The notes under the pieces were generated by a model. That model worked only from the letters and a program-made list of their open reading frames with translations, was not told where the DNA came from and did not search any database. A stretch of DNA of 64,000 bases from the NCBI RefSeq assembly GCF_000143415.4, contig NW_003314267.1, positions 703,394-767,393 of the forward strand, read 5' to 3'. This document shows positions 37,506 to 49,632 of the stretch, piece after piece (positions within the stretch are counted from its first letter, which is position 1; each line of letters opens with the position of its first letter). Origin of the DNA: Selaginella moellendorffii. Taxonomy: Eukaryota > Plantae > Lycopodiophyta. A program made the translations under genes and the position numbers.

Positions 37506-38301
37506 ATGGGTGTTGCGAGCCAAAGCAGTGTCGCAAATGAAGCCGGGGCAGCTCCAGAGGCTTCGATCCAGCAAACTCTGCGAGGATTTTCGAGCCCCAC
37601 CAGCTTGCTGCTCCGTATCGCAACTGCAGTCCTGTGCACTCTAACTCTCGCGTTTCTCGTCACTTCCAAGGAGAGGAAGGAGATCGCCTCTATTGATATC
37701 GTTGCCATATGGTCCAACTCGAAAGCTTTGATGTAAGTTGGCTTTCTCTTGTTTCTTCATTTTCGAAGTAAATGGTGGTTTCGTTTTTATGTTTTTTCAC
37801 AGATTTCTAGCAGTCGTGAGTGGAATTTGTCTCGGCTATTCGCTTCTACACGCAGCAGTGTTCCTCGTCATGCTGTCTGGAAATCGAAAACCTCTGGCAC
37901 GGAAGAAAGCTCTCGATTGGATGGTGTTCTTAGCTGACCAGGTACTCTAGCTTAAGAGTTTATCTTCTAAAGTTCTTAGACCTTTTGGATTGCATTTCGA
38001 AGGTTTTCTTCAAGATCTTTTGTTGGTTCTCTATTAGAGTTTCTAGCCGAAGATCTAAAGCTGGTTTTGTTTAATTTTTTGGCAGCTCTTGTCTTATGCC
38101 ATGCTCTCGGCCGCCGCGGCATCGGCAGAGGTGGCTTATCTCGCAAAGAATGGACAAGTGAGCTCGGGATGGTTCGCAGTTTGCAATGCTTTCAATGGAT
38201 TTTGCAACAAAGTTGGAGTAGCACTCGTGCTCTCCTTCTTTTCTGTGATTCCCCTAGCTATCAACGCATTCATCTCGGCCTATCACCTAAGACCAAGTTA
38301 G
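37506..38301 (+). CDS. CASP-like (CASPL) four-TM protein, three exons
   Basis: [40 protein letters not shown]. Confidence 0.92.
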
Positions 38302-38509
38302 AAGACAAAAAGCCTTCCCACACACCAAGAACAGGATGATAGAATGGAACATTGTATCTTCTTTCATTTCTTTAGCTAGTTCGTCAAAGGGACAAGAAAA
38401 AAAAACGAGAGAAAAAATCTACACTGCTGCTGCTTCCATAGTCTGCTGTAAACTGTGAAATGCAAACAAAGGATTTAGCAAAAGCTTCCAAAGGGATGTT
38501 GTTCTTACT

Positions 38510-39290
38510 TTACTTGAAGCCTTTGCTCTTCCTGAAGAGATAGTAGGCCGAGATAGCAGCCGACACGGCGAAGGCAATGACGGCAATGAAGGAGAGGAAC
38601 ACGGTGGCGGCGAAGTGGTCGCAAAATCTCTTGAAAGGCCCACACACCGCCTTCCACTGGACTTTGTCCTCGCCTCTCTTGGCGATGTACGCAGCCTCTG
38701 CCGTGGCCGCGGCAGACCCCAGTAGCAAATATGTTAAAACCTGTTCACGAAGAATCAATGCCGCCTGGTCTTGGATAGAAGACAAAGAAGCAAGAAAACA
38801 GGCAACAGGAAAAACTGAAAAACTATACAGGAAAGAAGCGAGCAAAACGAAGCTCACCTGGTCCAGAAGAAAGGTGAGCCAAGCGAGCACCGTGTTGTTA
38901 AGCACCCTCTTGTCTCTTATAAACGATAGCAACGATACGACTGCCTGGAGGAAAGCATAGCCACAGCAAATGGATGCTAAGACGAGCAGTGAGCTGCAAA
39001 GCGAAAAGACCATAAGCTACAAAGAGAAAACAAAGAACTTACACTGGGGCTTTGGTGTTGTTGTATTTCGCTTGCAAAACTATCCCAGGAGCGATGACGG
39101 TAGTCTGGACGTTGTTCTTGAGCAGCACGATCACAGCAAGGCAGAAGGCAAAGGCCTTGATCCGGACCAGGAAATCCACCCCTTTGAGCAGCTTCCTGTG
39201 TCCAAAGCTCTCGTTGTTCGTCACCACTACACTCCCGGGACTAACTTGGCTCCCGATTGGCACATGAGCATCGCCTCCCAGTACTCCCAT
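38510..39290 (-). CDS. CASP-like (CASPL) protein, three exons, convergent with its paralog
   Basis: DFLVRI, FLLDQVLTYLLLGSAAATAE, WKAVCGPFKRFCDH. Confidence 0.92.
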
Positions 39291-39617
39291 CCTTGAAGAA
39301 CTAGACGAAAGCTGGCGTCGCGCACCAGGCCCTTTCTGAACGCTTTGAAAATGTAGACTGCTACTGGTAACCACCAGAGGGAAGTAGCGACGGCCCCGCA
39401 GAAATATAGCTACTCAAACGGCCTTAAACGCCAGTAAAATCCGGATTTTCAAACGGGAGAGTTGATCGCGCAACGTGAATTGGGCCGCTGTGCGCTGCCT
39501 GTTGATTTCGCTGCAATGAATACCCGGACAGGCGGCGAGCAGTAAATGCTGGCAAATGTGCTGCTGCGTAAAGTACCACCTCTACTTTATCACCACCTTC
39601 CGTTGTTCTAACCTGTG

Positions 39618-41255
39618 TCATTGAAATCCCTGAACAAAAAGGTGTCTTTATCCAAATCCACCAACACTCGCTCACCTTGTTTAGGCTCATAAGAGTGTGT
39701 TGTTGCTGCTGCTGCTGCGGGTTAGCATCCAAAGCGAGAGTTTGCTCGTTTTGTGGCAAACTCGACCGTCCTGAGATGGACTCTCGGTACAGACTGGTAA
39801 TCACTGCACGCATCCGTTGGCTGTGACCCGAACAGTAAACTTTGGTCGCCAACGGCCTCGGAATGTCTGCTGGAGCCAAGGAGGAAGCAACAAATATCAG
39901 CAGTTTGAAAAACAGACAAGGAAGGACGGACCTTGCTGTGACTTTCGCGAGTTATTGTCCTTAAAATCTTGAAGCAACGCATCAAAAGGTTTTCTCCGAC
40001 CAGTAACAGCTCGTTTACTTGAAATTGAATGTGATTTACCTATGCAGCAAAGCCAAGGCTTGTCATTCTTCAAGAGCGTCGAGGCACACACACTCACATG
40101 TCAATGGTTGCCTGCAAGGAGCTCCAGATCGAGGTGACGGTACTCCACACATGATATCCAGGTCATCGACAGTGAACGGCAGATGCCTGAAAGTTAAGAC
40201 CGAAACAGGATTAAACAAAACTAAGAACGAACACAAATAGAAGTCTTACTGCTTTCGCCGTTTTCCGGATGCAGACAAACCTTCGGAATGTGAAACAGTA
40301 GCACTTGGGCCCACTACCAAGCAATCTTCTCCAGGATTACCGTCGCTCATCTCTACAAAGAACCTCGGCATTAAGTTTCAGCAGCTCAATTATGCGGCTT
40401 AGACCTCTTGGATTGTACACCGATAGTTTTCGTGGCCTCCCAACCTTTGGACCTGTCCCTCCCACTTCAGCTCCTGGATATAAAGAATCAGAGATATGGT
40501 TTTTTCAGGATGCACATAACCTCTTACGTTTTGCTGCTTTTAATGTAGAAAAGCTTCCCATTTGCATATCGGACATGGATAACCCCGACTCGAGCGGAGC
40601 TGCATCGTCCATGTCTTCGCCTAGCATTCCGTTTCCTAAACACAAGCAAGTATGAAGTAAAAGAACACAGCTAAAGCTCTTACTTGATTTTGGAATAGTT
40701 CTCTTGCCACCATTCTCTACATCTACTCCGCTATCCTCCGGCACCAACAATGATCTACAGCGCTCTGCAACAACAGGACACAAGGAGCTGAGAAAAAAAC
40801 ACATGAAATGGAAAACTAACCTGCATGAGCTGCATACTGGCTAACCTTAACAGGCTATTTGCACGCATTGCACGAAACCTGTATCGCTTCACACTCAGAA
40901 AGCCACGCAAGAAAAAACAAGAAAGTTTTTCTACATACAAGGCACAAGTGACCAGAGACGTGCACGTCTACAAGGAGAAGTACGCATCGGCAAACCAAAA
41001 GGATTAGATGGAACTGCTTCTTCCAAAAAATTATCAGCCTCACTCATCTCTTTGTAGATAGTAAGCATTGGCACTCTCTCTCGAGCAATCTCTTGTGCTC
41101 GAAAAGGCAGAGAAAGCGTATGTTCCTAGCTAAGATAATTTCTATGCTAGAAAAAACCAAGAAATGAAGAAAACTATGAGAATAGAGCAATGGTAAAGAT
41201 AGTTCGTACCTGGTGAAGGATCCAAATTACTTCCACTCTGCAGAAGCCTTCCCAT
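39618..41255 (-). pseudogene. SCA7-domain (Ataxin-7/SGF73-like) gene with an in-frame stop in the N-terminal zinc finger
   Basis: SCA7 motif [18 protein letters not shown]|[23 protein letters not shown]-terminal zinc finger [18 protein letters not shown]|ERC with TAG at 40855-40857. The start codon is uncertain. Confidence 0.72.
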
Positions 41256-41586
41256 GGCTGCCAAATGCCCCCCAGCCGCAAACCCTCTCCCCAATAGCCT
41301 GCAAGAACACCAAATTCCTCAACCTGGATCGCGAAACAACTAGATCACTCACATTTCCCCGTGCATTTCCGCTGCTCATTCACAGAGACGACGATCTTGG
41401 AGGAATCCGCAACCGCCCCTGCCCTAGAACAAAGGACTGGATTCCAACGCAAATCCAGCGAGCGCCAAACGATAATCCGCGATCTGAGCAGCTTCCATCA
41501 CCGATCGAGGATCCGAGAGAGAGAGAGAGAGAGCGCCATCGCGAAGAGAGCGCAAATAAAAAAAGGGAAGTGATAACAAGGAAATA

Positions 41587-41658
41587 AGGTCCTACCGAGA
41601 CTTGAACTCGGGCTACTGGATTCAGAGTCCAGTGTCCTAACCACTAGACCATAGGACC
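41587..41658 (-). tRNA. tRNA-Gln (anticodon CTG)
   Basis: GGTCCTATGGTCTAGTGGTTAGGACACTGGACT-CTG-AATCCAGTAGCCCGAGTTCAAGTCTCGGTAGGACCT forms an intact 72-nt cloverleaf. Confidence 0.96.
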
Positions 41659-41749
41659 AATTGCTGTGATGACGAGGCTACTACGGCAAACATAATGAAA
41701 TAAAACTACACATCTTCCTCCCTTTCTTTTTTCCTCTCTCCAAAGGGGA

Positions 41750-42460
41750 ATGGCCGAGGCCAAGCAACACACGGGCTCCGCCGACGATGGTGGTGCTCCG
41801 GAGCTCTCCGCGCACACTCCAGCCACGCCACCGCCACCTTCCTCAGCATCCTCGCCACACAAGGTCAAATCTTCGCGACCCAGCTCGCCAAAATTTCTTT
41901 TTTCTTTGCTCGATCGATTTTGCTCCCAAGCAATTGGATTCTTTAGTTTGTGTTGATCGATCGATCCATTCCCAGGAGCTACAGCAGCTCCAGTTGGAGC
42001 TCAGGCTGCTCGAAGCGCTCGAGATTTATCATCCATCCAAGCTCCAAGGTAATAGCGATTAGATCGAAGAGAAAAATTCCTCCACCAACTTGGGAACGCT
42101 GTTCTCTTTCTCATGTTTCTCTCTGTGCGTGTCCAGGCATCCACCGGCACTTCATTCTCTATGGGCTCATGGAATTTCTAGAAAAGAGGTATGAAATCTT
42201 CAAACGCTCCGCTCTCGATGCTATGATCCATTTTTTTTCAACTTCTTACCAGATTAAACAGGCATTTTAGTGCCGAAGAGATCCTCCAAACCTTGAATGG
42301 ATTCTACAACCTGGAATTACTGGTAAAATTCGCATTTTTTTCACTTCTATGATCCCTCTCTTTGTTTTAGAAACCCGATGACGAAGAAGTGGAGCTAGCA
42401 AGCCACCAGGAAGATTTCTCGTTGCCCTCGTCCGTCAGAGAAGATCCAAAAGACGGTTGA
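41750..42460 (+). CDS. EAF7: NuA4 subunit EAF7/MRGBP (CT20 family), five exons
   Basis: LELRLLEALEIYHPSKLQ|GIHRHFILYGLMEFL..FSAEEILQTLNGFYNLELL..EDFSLP. Confidence 0.88.
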
Positions 42461-42712
42461 CAAGCACACGGATGCGTGACACGTGTTGCGCATCCGCCGA
42501 GTAGGGAATTCTCATTAACTTTTGACGCTTTGCCTCACATTAGAATCTTTGGCGAGCCCGCATTGACAAAAAACAATCATTGAACAACGTTTCCTTGTCC
42601 TTTTACTTCATATAAATATCATCATCCATTTCCATAGCCAAGCAAGTAGCAAGCCATAGAGCTCTAGTCGAGAGAAAGATAGATAGAAGCATCAGTAACG
42701 AAAGAAAGAATC

Positions 42713-43084
42713 ATGACTGCCACTTACAAGCACTTGATCATCCTCTTTGCTTTTGTGATTTTCACAGAGATGACTTTGGCGGCGATGAAAGGCTGTGGAC
42801 AATCCTGCACAAAGGACGAAGAATGCAAGGGAAAGTTAGCCTGCGTTGGACAAACGTGTGGAGATGACCCCGACATGGAAACGCAAATCTGCGGGCCTAG
42901 CCAGTTTCCAAAAGGCTGCTCCAAGCCTTGCAAGGTTCACGACGACTGCCCAGGCAAGCTCGCTTGCATGGACGGTGCTTGTGGCGACGATCCGGCTATG
43001 GAAACTCACATTTGCTCGAAGACTCGTGGTCGCCGTCCACATCCACCAAAGGCTGCGCCGGCTCCAGAATCCGACTCCGACTGA
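42713..43084 (+). CDS. Secreted cysteine-rich protein with two tandem kissper-like (kiwellin N-terminal) modules
   Basis: Signal peptide, then CGQSCTKDEECKGKLACVGQTCGDDPDMETQIC and CSKPCKVHDDCPGKLACMDGACGDDPAMETHIC. TATA-like TATAAAT at about 42611. Confidence 0.85.
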   Translation: MTATYKHLIILFAFVIFTEMTLAAMKGCGQSCTKDEECKGKLACVGQTCGDDPDMETQICGPSQFPKGCSKPCKVHDDCPGKLACMDGACGDDPAMETHICSKTRGRRPHPPKAAPAPESDSD

Positions 43085-43096
43085 AGGAATGGAGTA

Positions 43097-43207
43097 ATAA
43101 TCATTAGTGTGTCCATCAAAAATTAAAAGATGATGGAAATAAGTCACTAGTGATAATCATTAGTGTGTCCACCAAAAATTAAAAGATGATGGAAATAAGT
43201 CACTAGT
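43097..43207 (+). repeat. 56-bp tandem duplication in the 3' region of the kissper gene
   Basis: Near-identical copies start at 43097 and 43153. Confidence 0.9.
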
Positions 43208-43640
43208 AGACCATGTAAGTTCAATACCTCATAAAAAAGATGCAAGATGCAACGATCTTTTTTTCTTGTCCCGAAGTTCAGATGGTTCCGCGAGTCGTGG
43301 TTTCTTCATGCAGTCTGCCAAAAAGGTCACTGAATCTCATCTCGAGAAGAAAGGAAGAAAAACTGGACATTGATCTCGCGTACCTCATTGATCCTGATCT
43401 TCGCGTTAGATCTTCTCTTTTCAGTGTGGGTGTGTTCCTGCAAAACAGTAGCTCGAGCTAGGAAAGAACTGTGGATGAAAATGTCAGCCGTTTGCAACAC
43501 GAGCAGCAAAAGATGATCAACCTTCTTAAAAACAGAGTCCATCTGAATCAACCATGATGCATAGACGGGGATTGTTTAAAAACTGCTTCGTCGGGTTTGT
43601 GCACATCCTTCTTCTTGTTTTTACGAGCATCTAAAACGTA

Positions 43641-45449
43641 TCAACTTATGCCCGCGGAGTGAGCCACCGTCGCAGCGTTTTCCTGGATTAGCTGCAGTTT
43701 CTGCAGCGTATCCCTGTGCTTCTCTAGCACCTCCGGCTGTGCTTTCTGTTCTTCGAGATGCTTCACCACCTCAGTCTGGCATTTTATCGCCTTGTCCCAC
43801 CTGATAATAAGCAAAAGAGCAAGTTTCAAGCTAGAGAAAGACAAAAATAAGACAAAGTTTTACCTGTTGAGCGAGGAGTACGCAGTGACCATGTTAATGG
43901 TTGCGGCCACTGTGTTTGGATGGCCAGTGCCGAAATGCTTCACGGAAATCACCTTCGCTCGCTCAAACTGCCCCGAAGCCAATACCAAGTTCTTAAGACC
44001 CAAGTTGGCAACCCCCATTGTGTTCAACATGTCGCCGAGATCAGGATGATCTATGCCAATTTTGTCTTCAATCAACTTCACACCACGCCCAAGAATCGAC
44101 ACGGCAGTCTCACTCTTCTCCATGACCAAGTAGATGTGTCCAACCCGGGCATACGTTTCTGCCAAAGAAGTTACTGCTTCTGGGAAGTTCACGTAAATCC
44201 TTTGAGCTTCCTCAAAGTGATCGATGGCACTGTCATAGTCCTTCACCGCCTCAAAAAACGTTGCGAGTTCAGCAAACGTCTCAGCATCTTTCAGAGTGAC
44301 GCCCTTGTTCTTTCGCAAGATCATAGATGCCTCTTCGGTGTGTGCAATTGCCTCGTCCGCCTCGTTTTCCAGCACGCAGATTCTCGCGAAGCAGGCGTGA
44401 GCAAATCCCTTCAGGCGGCCACGAACTTCCTCATCGTCCAGAACTGCATTAAGAACCTCTTTTGCTTCCTCGTACTTCTCCGAGTCCATGTAACACTGCG
44501 CAAGCTCCAGCTCAATCCACCTCGCATCCTCGTTCCTCCCATGCTTCAGGGCAAGCTCTTTCACCACCTTGAGCTCCTCGATAGACTTTGGAAGCTGCTT
44601 CAAGCCTCTGTACACGACTCCGAGCAGCCTTCGAGACCTGGCCTCATCGAAAGTTCCGTCTTCAGCAGAATCCAGCGCTTTCCTGCACTGCTCGGCAGCC
44701 TCTGGATATCGACCGAGCTCTACCAGGGCCTCGGCAGTGTGGATGTAGTCGTCCACAAATGCCCGCTTATCATCGCAAAGCTTCTCCTTCTTCGCGATGC
44801 TTGAGAGAAACAGCGGCAGAGCCTCCTGGAACTTCCGAGTAGCAACCAGAACTTCGGCCACCCGAATCTCCGTCTCTGCCCGTATAAGTTCAGCAGTCTC
44901 ATCCTCGTCCTTGTCAAGGAGCTCCAGCACCAGCTTGAGCTTTTGCATACACTTTGCGTAGTCCTTGCTAAGAAAAAATCCGTCCGCCTCTAGGTGTAAG
45001 CATAAAGCATGGAAGACCGAGCCTTGCGGGACGAGCTTTGCGGCCTTTTCAGCGCAAAGCAAGACCTTGTCCGCAGATCCTTGTATGGTGTAGAGCTTCC
45101 CCAAACAAAAGAAGTCCTGGAAGCTCTTCTCTTCGTCCTTGGCCGAGTCCACCATCTCCAGGCACTCGTTCAAATCCACGAACCTGATCTTCGACAAAGT
45201 TTCACCTTTACGGACATTGAGGATCTTCCTCTTTGCAAGTGTCTCGACATCTGTTTCCGGGCATTCCAGGAGATTTTTCATCCATTTCCACAATCGAGAG
45301 CTTCCAATGTTCTTGCTCGATCCAGTGCCTGGTGACGATTCCGGCTCCGATGGGAAAGATTGAGCGCTGGAAAATCCTCTCCCGCGCGCTATGGCTCGCA
45401 TCGTACCTCCCGATCGCCCGCGCCCCAGCGCCCGCGCCAATGCAGCCAT
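43641..45449 (-). CDS. TPR protein (kinesin light chain-like repeats) with a probable mitochondrial presequence
   Basis: Arg-rich N-terminus (..RGRGFSS), many TPRs (GIDHPDLGDMLNTMGV, GHPNTVAATINM), and a second exon at about 43801-43641. Confidence 0.85.
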
Positions 45450-45458
45450 GGCGATGAT

Positions 45459-45568
45459 AAACCCTAGCCCTAAACCCCATAAGATGCCTTGAAAATTCTA
45501 ATGCAGACGTGGCAGGCTCTTAGTGTGCCACGTGTCGTTTATGACCGTTCTGATAGTGACGTTGGGCC
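45459..45568. promoter_or_regulatory. Telo-box (AAACCCTA at 45459) and site II (TGGGCC at 45563) in a divergent promoter
   Basis: The motifs lie in the ~370-bp interval between divergent ATGs 45449 and 45820. Confidence 0.45.
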
Positions 45569-45819
45569 TTTCTAAAATGAGGAACAGCCTCGCGTATGAA
45601 TGCCATGCCCTAGAATTATGGCGGGCAGAGAAAGCTAGGGTGCGGTATTGTGATGGAGCGCTCTGCGAGCGTTTCTTGGCGCCTTGCTTGATCGATCGCC
45701 GGGTAAGCGAGATTCTTTCCGAGAAACCAGGACTGGATTCGTGATTGCTTCTTTGCAGTGCCTCGCCGATTTCCCTTTCATCGCTTGGCCTCTCGAAATC
45801 CCGCGATAATCTTGCAAGC

Positions 45820-47319
45820 ATGGCGCCAGCTGCGACCCAAAGTGCAAAGATCGCAAGGCCAGCGCCTTCCATTCCGAAATCCAACTCCATCGGCTCCTAC
45901 AGCTTCACTCGAAGCGCCTCCAGCGGGCACGATTCTTTGGGGGCTGCCAAGAGCGACGCGTCCTCCTGTACCAGCGTCTTCAAGAAACCCGAATCCACGG
46001 CTGACACCAAGACGCGCCGCGTTCTTTCGGATATAAGCAATTTCCCTGGTGGTGTGGCTCTACCCGAGCAACATTCGCTTTCAACACCCAGGAAGCTGTC
46101 CGTGGACGTGGATTCGCATGGTTTTGGGACAGCCGCAACCCGATACGAGGACTCACAGCTCAAGAGGAATTCGTCGTTGCCAGGCAAAGCCATTGCGCCG
46201 ATCACTACAGCACTTCGCTGCGGTGGGAAATCCCTTTCGAAAGGCACCACTCCAGTGGCAGAATGCATTCTAAAGACGAAAGTCCAGGCTCACCCGAAGA
46301 AGAAACCGAGGGACGACGCGATCACTCCTTTGCAATGGAGCCGATCTCCTCCATCCAAGCTGTCGACGCTGAGAAAGAAAATTCTGGACAAGGTGGCGGG
46401 CAAGTCCATTGTGAAGCCGAAGAACCAGGTCCAAAGGCGCAGTATTTCCAAGGACAGGGAGTTCAGAAGGCTGTCCATGGTGATTCGAAGCGAGGAGGAG
46501 CTCCTGGAGAAAAGCAAAGCGTACGAGGAAAAACTCCAACTTCTCCAGCAGCAGTGTGTCAGCAAGGAATCTGAGGTACAGTCTCAAAATCCCGCGCCAT
46601 CTCACTGCTGTGTTTTTCCACGAATCCAGATTGAGAGCGTCCGCAACGTGGGAAAAATGCTCGGAAAGCTTTGCGTCAACCAGGCCGAAGAACTAAAGGC
46701 CCTCAAAGGGATGTTCCCGCCGACGCTGAGGGAAGTGGTCCAGCTTCGCGACGTGTGCCAGAAGCAGGAGAAAGAGCTGCGAGACGCCCGCACAGTGGTG
46801 CCATCGCTGCAAGAACAAGTGAAGCTACTCACTGCCCAGCTCGATTCCCTGGCAGACGATATTGAAAAGGTGAGAACTCGAAAACTTGTCTACCATAGAT
46901 TCAAACTGTGCGAATCCAGGTGAAAGCCGCTAGACTGGCAAGGAGAGCACTCACCTGTGACGTTTCTACAAAGGTAGTGCATTCGAAGTTTTGGATTTTC
47001 TCGTGTGAGAGAGCGTGACTTGGTTTCTTTGATCTCAGTCGGCAGTGGAAAGCGCTAGCACTGAACCGATCCATCCCAAACAAGATCATGCAACACAGGT
47101 AGAGCTCTCTTCGCACTTTTCAAAATGTTGGAAGATCGATAGCGACGATTTCGTGATTTCTGGCAGCCAGGAAGTGTCACCACCTCGATGACCGAAGCAA
47201 ACCTGGAAGCTTTGATGCAAAGGATGAATCTAACGTCGGCGGAAGAAAAGGATTTGTCCGCGCTGGAGGAGAAGTGTGCCTCGGCTTTCAGGGACCTGGA
47301 AAAATTCCGGCCATCTTAG
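45820..47319 (+). CDS. Uncharacterised Ser/Lys-rich protein with a C-terminal coiled coil, multi-exon
   Basis: Long first exon from ATG 45820, coiled-coil segment LQEQVKLLTAQLDSLADDIEKVKA, and short GT-AG introns to a TAG at 47317. Confidence 0.7.
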
Positions 47320-47598
47320 CCGTTAGATGTTAGACCCCTTGACCGTTCGATGATAGAGGCCTTCTGTATCGGAATCGATGGAATGTATGTATTCCAGACC
47401 ACCCAAACCCAAGCCCTATCTCCTGTGCCAGAGCTCTGGTTGGTTTTTCTCTTCCTCCACCTAGCGGCGATCGATCGGTGAGTTTGCGGCGATTGCTTGC
47501 ATTCCTCGAGCGGGATTGGATTATCGATTGGATTGGAGCAGCATTTGAGCAAGAAGCTTCGTTGCCTCGATTGAATTGGAGCTCTGTGCCGTGCAGCG

Positions 47599-48572
47599 AT
47601 GGGTGTGCGTATTAGATTTGCGCGTTTTGGGAGGAAGAAGCTGCCGTTCTATCGAATCTACGTTGCCGATAGCCGCTCCAAGCGTGACGGGAGATTTCTG
47701 GAGAATGTGGGCTACTACAATCCCATTACTGGTAAAGTTCCATTCAGCGAGAGAGAAAATTTGGTCTCTCAAGTTCTTCTTTGTTGTCGCTTCGATGCTT
47801 GCAGGAAAGGATGGTGAGAAGCAATTTGCGCTCAAAGCGGACCGAGTCCAGTAAGTCTTCGCGTTTTCTTCTTTGATAGTATCGGTCCCTTTCTCCTTGG
47901 ATCATCTTTGAGTGTTTTAATGACATCCTTTTTCAATTCTCTTTGGTCCTTGTTTGAACTTGGTTTCGTCTTGGTCATCGTTTCATCATTTTGAACTTGG
48001 CCTTTCATATTCGTCATAGCTTCTGTCGCTCTTTAGCATTGTCTGCCAGAATTCTAGCCCAAATTCTTCCTGTGAATGGAACTGTTTCATTCTTTTGATC
48101 TCGTTCTTTAAGTTTTTGTTTTTGTTATTATGTTTGCCAGTCCCCCTGAGAGAACTTCCCGCTCCGACAAAGTGTTCCAGCCCTGGAATCGGTCCACAAA
48201 TGCTTATTTGCTGTCATTCCTTGTTTAGTATTGTTCGATCCTGTTGTTTAGCTATGTCTGTCAGTGTCCCCGAAAAGCTAGCGTTCTAAGTTACAGCTTC
48301 GCATTTGAATCAGTCCATCTTCCACTTGACATTCTTTTTTCTTCAGGTACTGGCTCTCGGTTGGAGCTCAGCCTTCCAATGCCGTGGCAAGGCTTCTGGC
48401 ACGAACAGGCAATCTTCCAAGCGCTTATCCTCGGGGGCCGCCCGAGTCATCGTCGCCATCGCCACTGGCAACACTCTCGCCGGACGACAAGCCCGACGTG
48501 ACCATCACTGCCAAGCTCTCCTCCGCCTCCTCGGCTCCGATGCTCGCTTCCAGGATTCTGTGCTTCTGCTGA
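47599..48572 (+). CDS. RPS16: Nuclear-encoded organellar ribosomal protein S16 (bS16), three exons
   Basis: [42 protein letters not shown]...[17 protein letters not shown]. Confidence 0.95.
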
Positions 48573-49632
48573 CGCCGACGAACACAAGAGAAGAAGAAAA
48601 TTAAGAACTCCGCCTAGAGAGGTTTGACATTTCAATCTTATAAATCGCTCTTATCTATCTCAAAGTAAGCTCTGACTTTTGATAGCGATGGAATCGCTCT
48701 CGTTTCTTCGTTTTTTTTTTTTTTCTTTTCTTTTGTTTTGTTAGTTGCGTAGCACGGCCACTTTGGTTCGTTCCTCGGGCATTCATGCTTTGTGTAGCTT
48801 TTGACTTCCAGCGAAACGCAGGCAAAAAATTTCTAAGATTTACAAAGTCACTCTCTCACACTTCGTACACGCAACGCATGTTTTGGCGAAATCTCTCCTT
48901 TAAGAAAGCCATTCCTTTCACTGTAGCGTATGTGATTCGTGGACACAAACACTAGAGCTAGTGGTGGAGTGGCGAGTGAATGGAATATAAGTGGTGATCC
49001 ACTTTTAACTCCAAAAGCACAAATGCCCACACAAAGAATACCAAGTGCCACGCCATCTTTTCGATCTAATCTTCTCTTCGATTACACTCAATGGTAGGCT
49101 AGACCATCGTCCCTTATAGTCAACGATTAGAACGTGGAACAACACACTTTTTCCATAATCTTTGACCCGATCCCTCTTGTCAACACTGGGTGAAATCTCG
49201 GTTGGCTAAAGAAAAATTTCACCAAATTTTCTATCGCATTCTTACCGGGGAGATGATGCGATTGGTTTTTGGACGGGACGGATTCGCGATTCCGTAACGC
49301 CCCTACGCGCTAACTAACCGTTTCTAGTCAGAAAAGAAAGGTGAAAAAGGTTCCAACGGACGCAATCCAGCCACGTGGCAACGTCTACGCTGTGGGATTG
49401 GACGGCTGAGATAAAGTCCACCCCATGGGTTTTTTAGGCGGCCATAGCCATAAGCAGGGAAGAACAGACGCTCATATACCCACATTACGAAACGCACGCA
49501 TTCGATCGGTAGCATTCAAGGCGGTGGTGGATGACGGCCGCCACAAACTTTGCTCTGGCGATCGGGAGAAATTTCTTGGGTAATCTATGAAAGCCGACGA
49601 TCCAGGGGCCGCACAGCAGCGCCAGGGAATTA

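Noticed and set aside
43920-44804. 294-aa plus-strand ORF
   Set aside because: Antisense shadow of the TPR gene.
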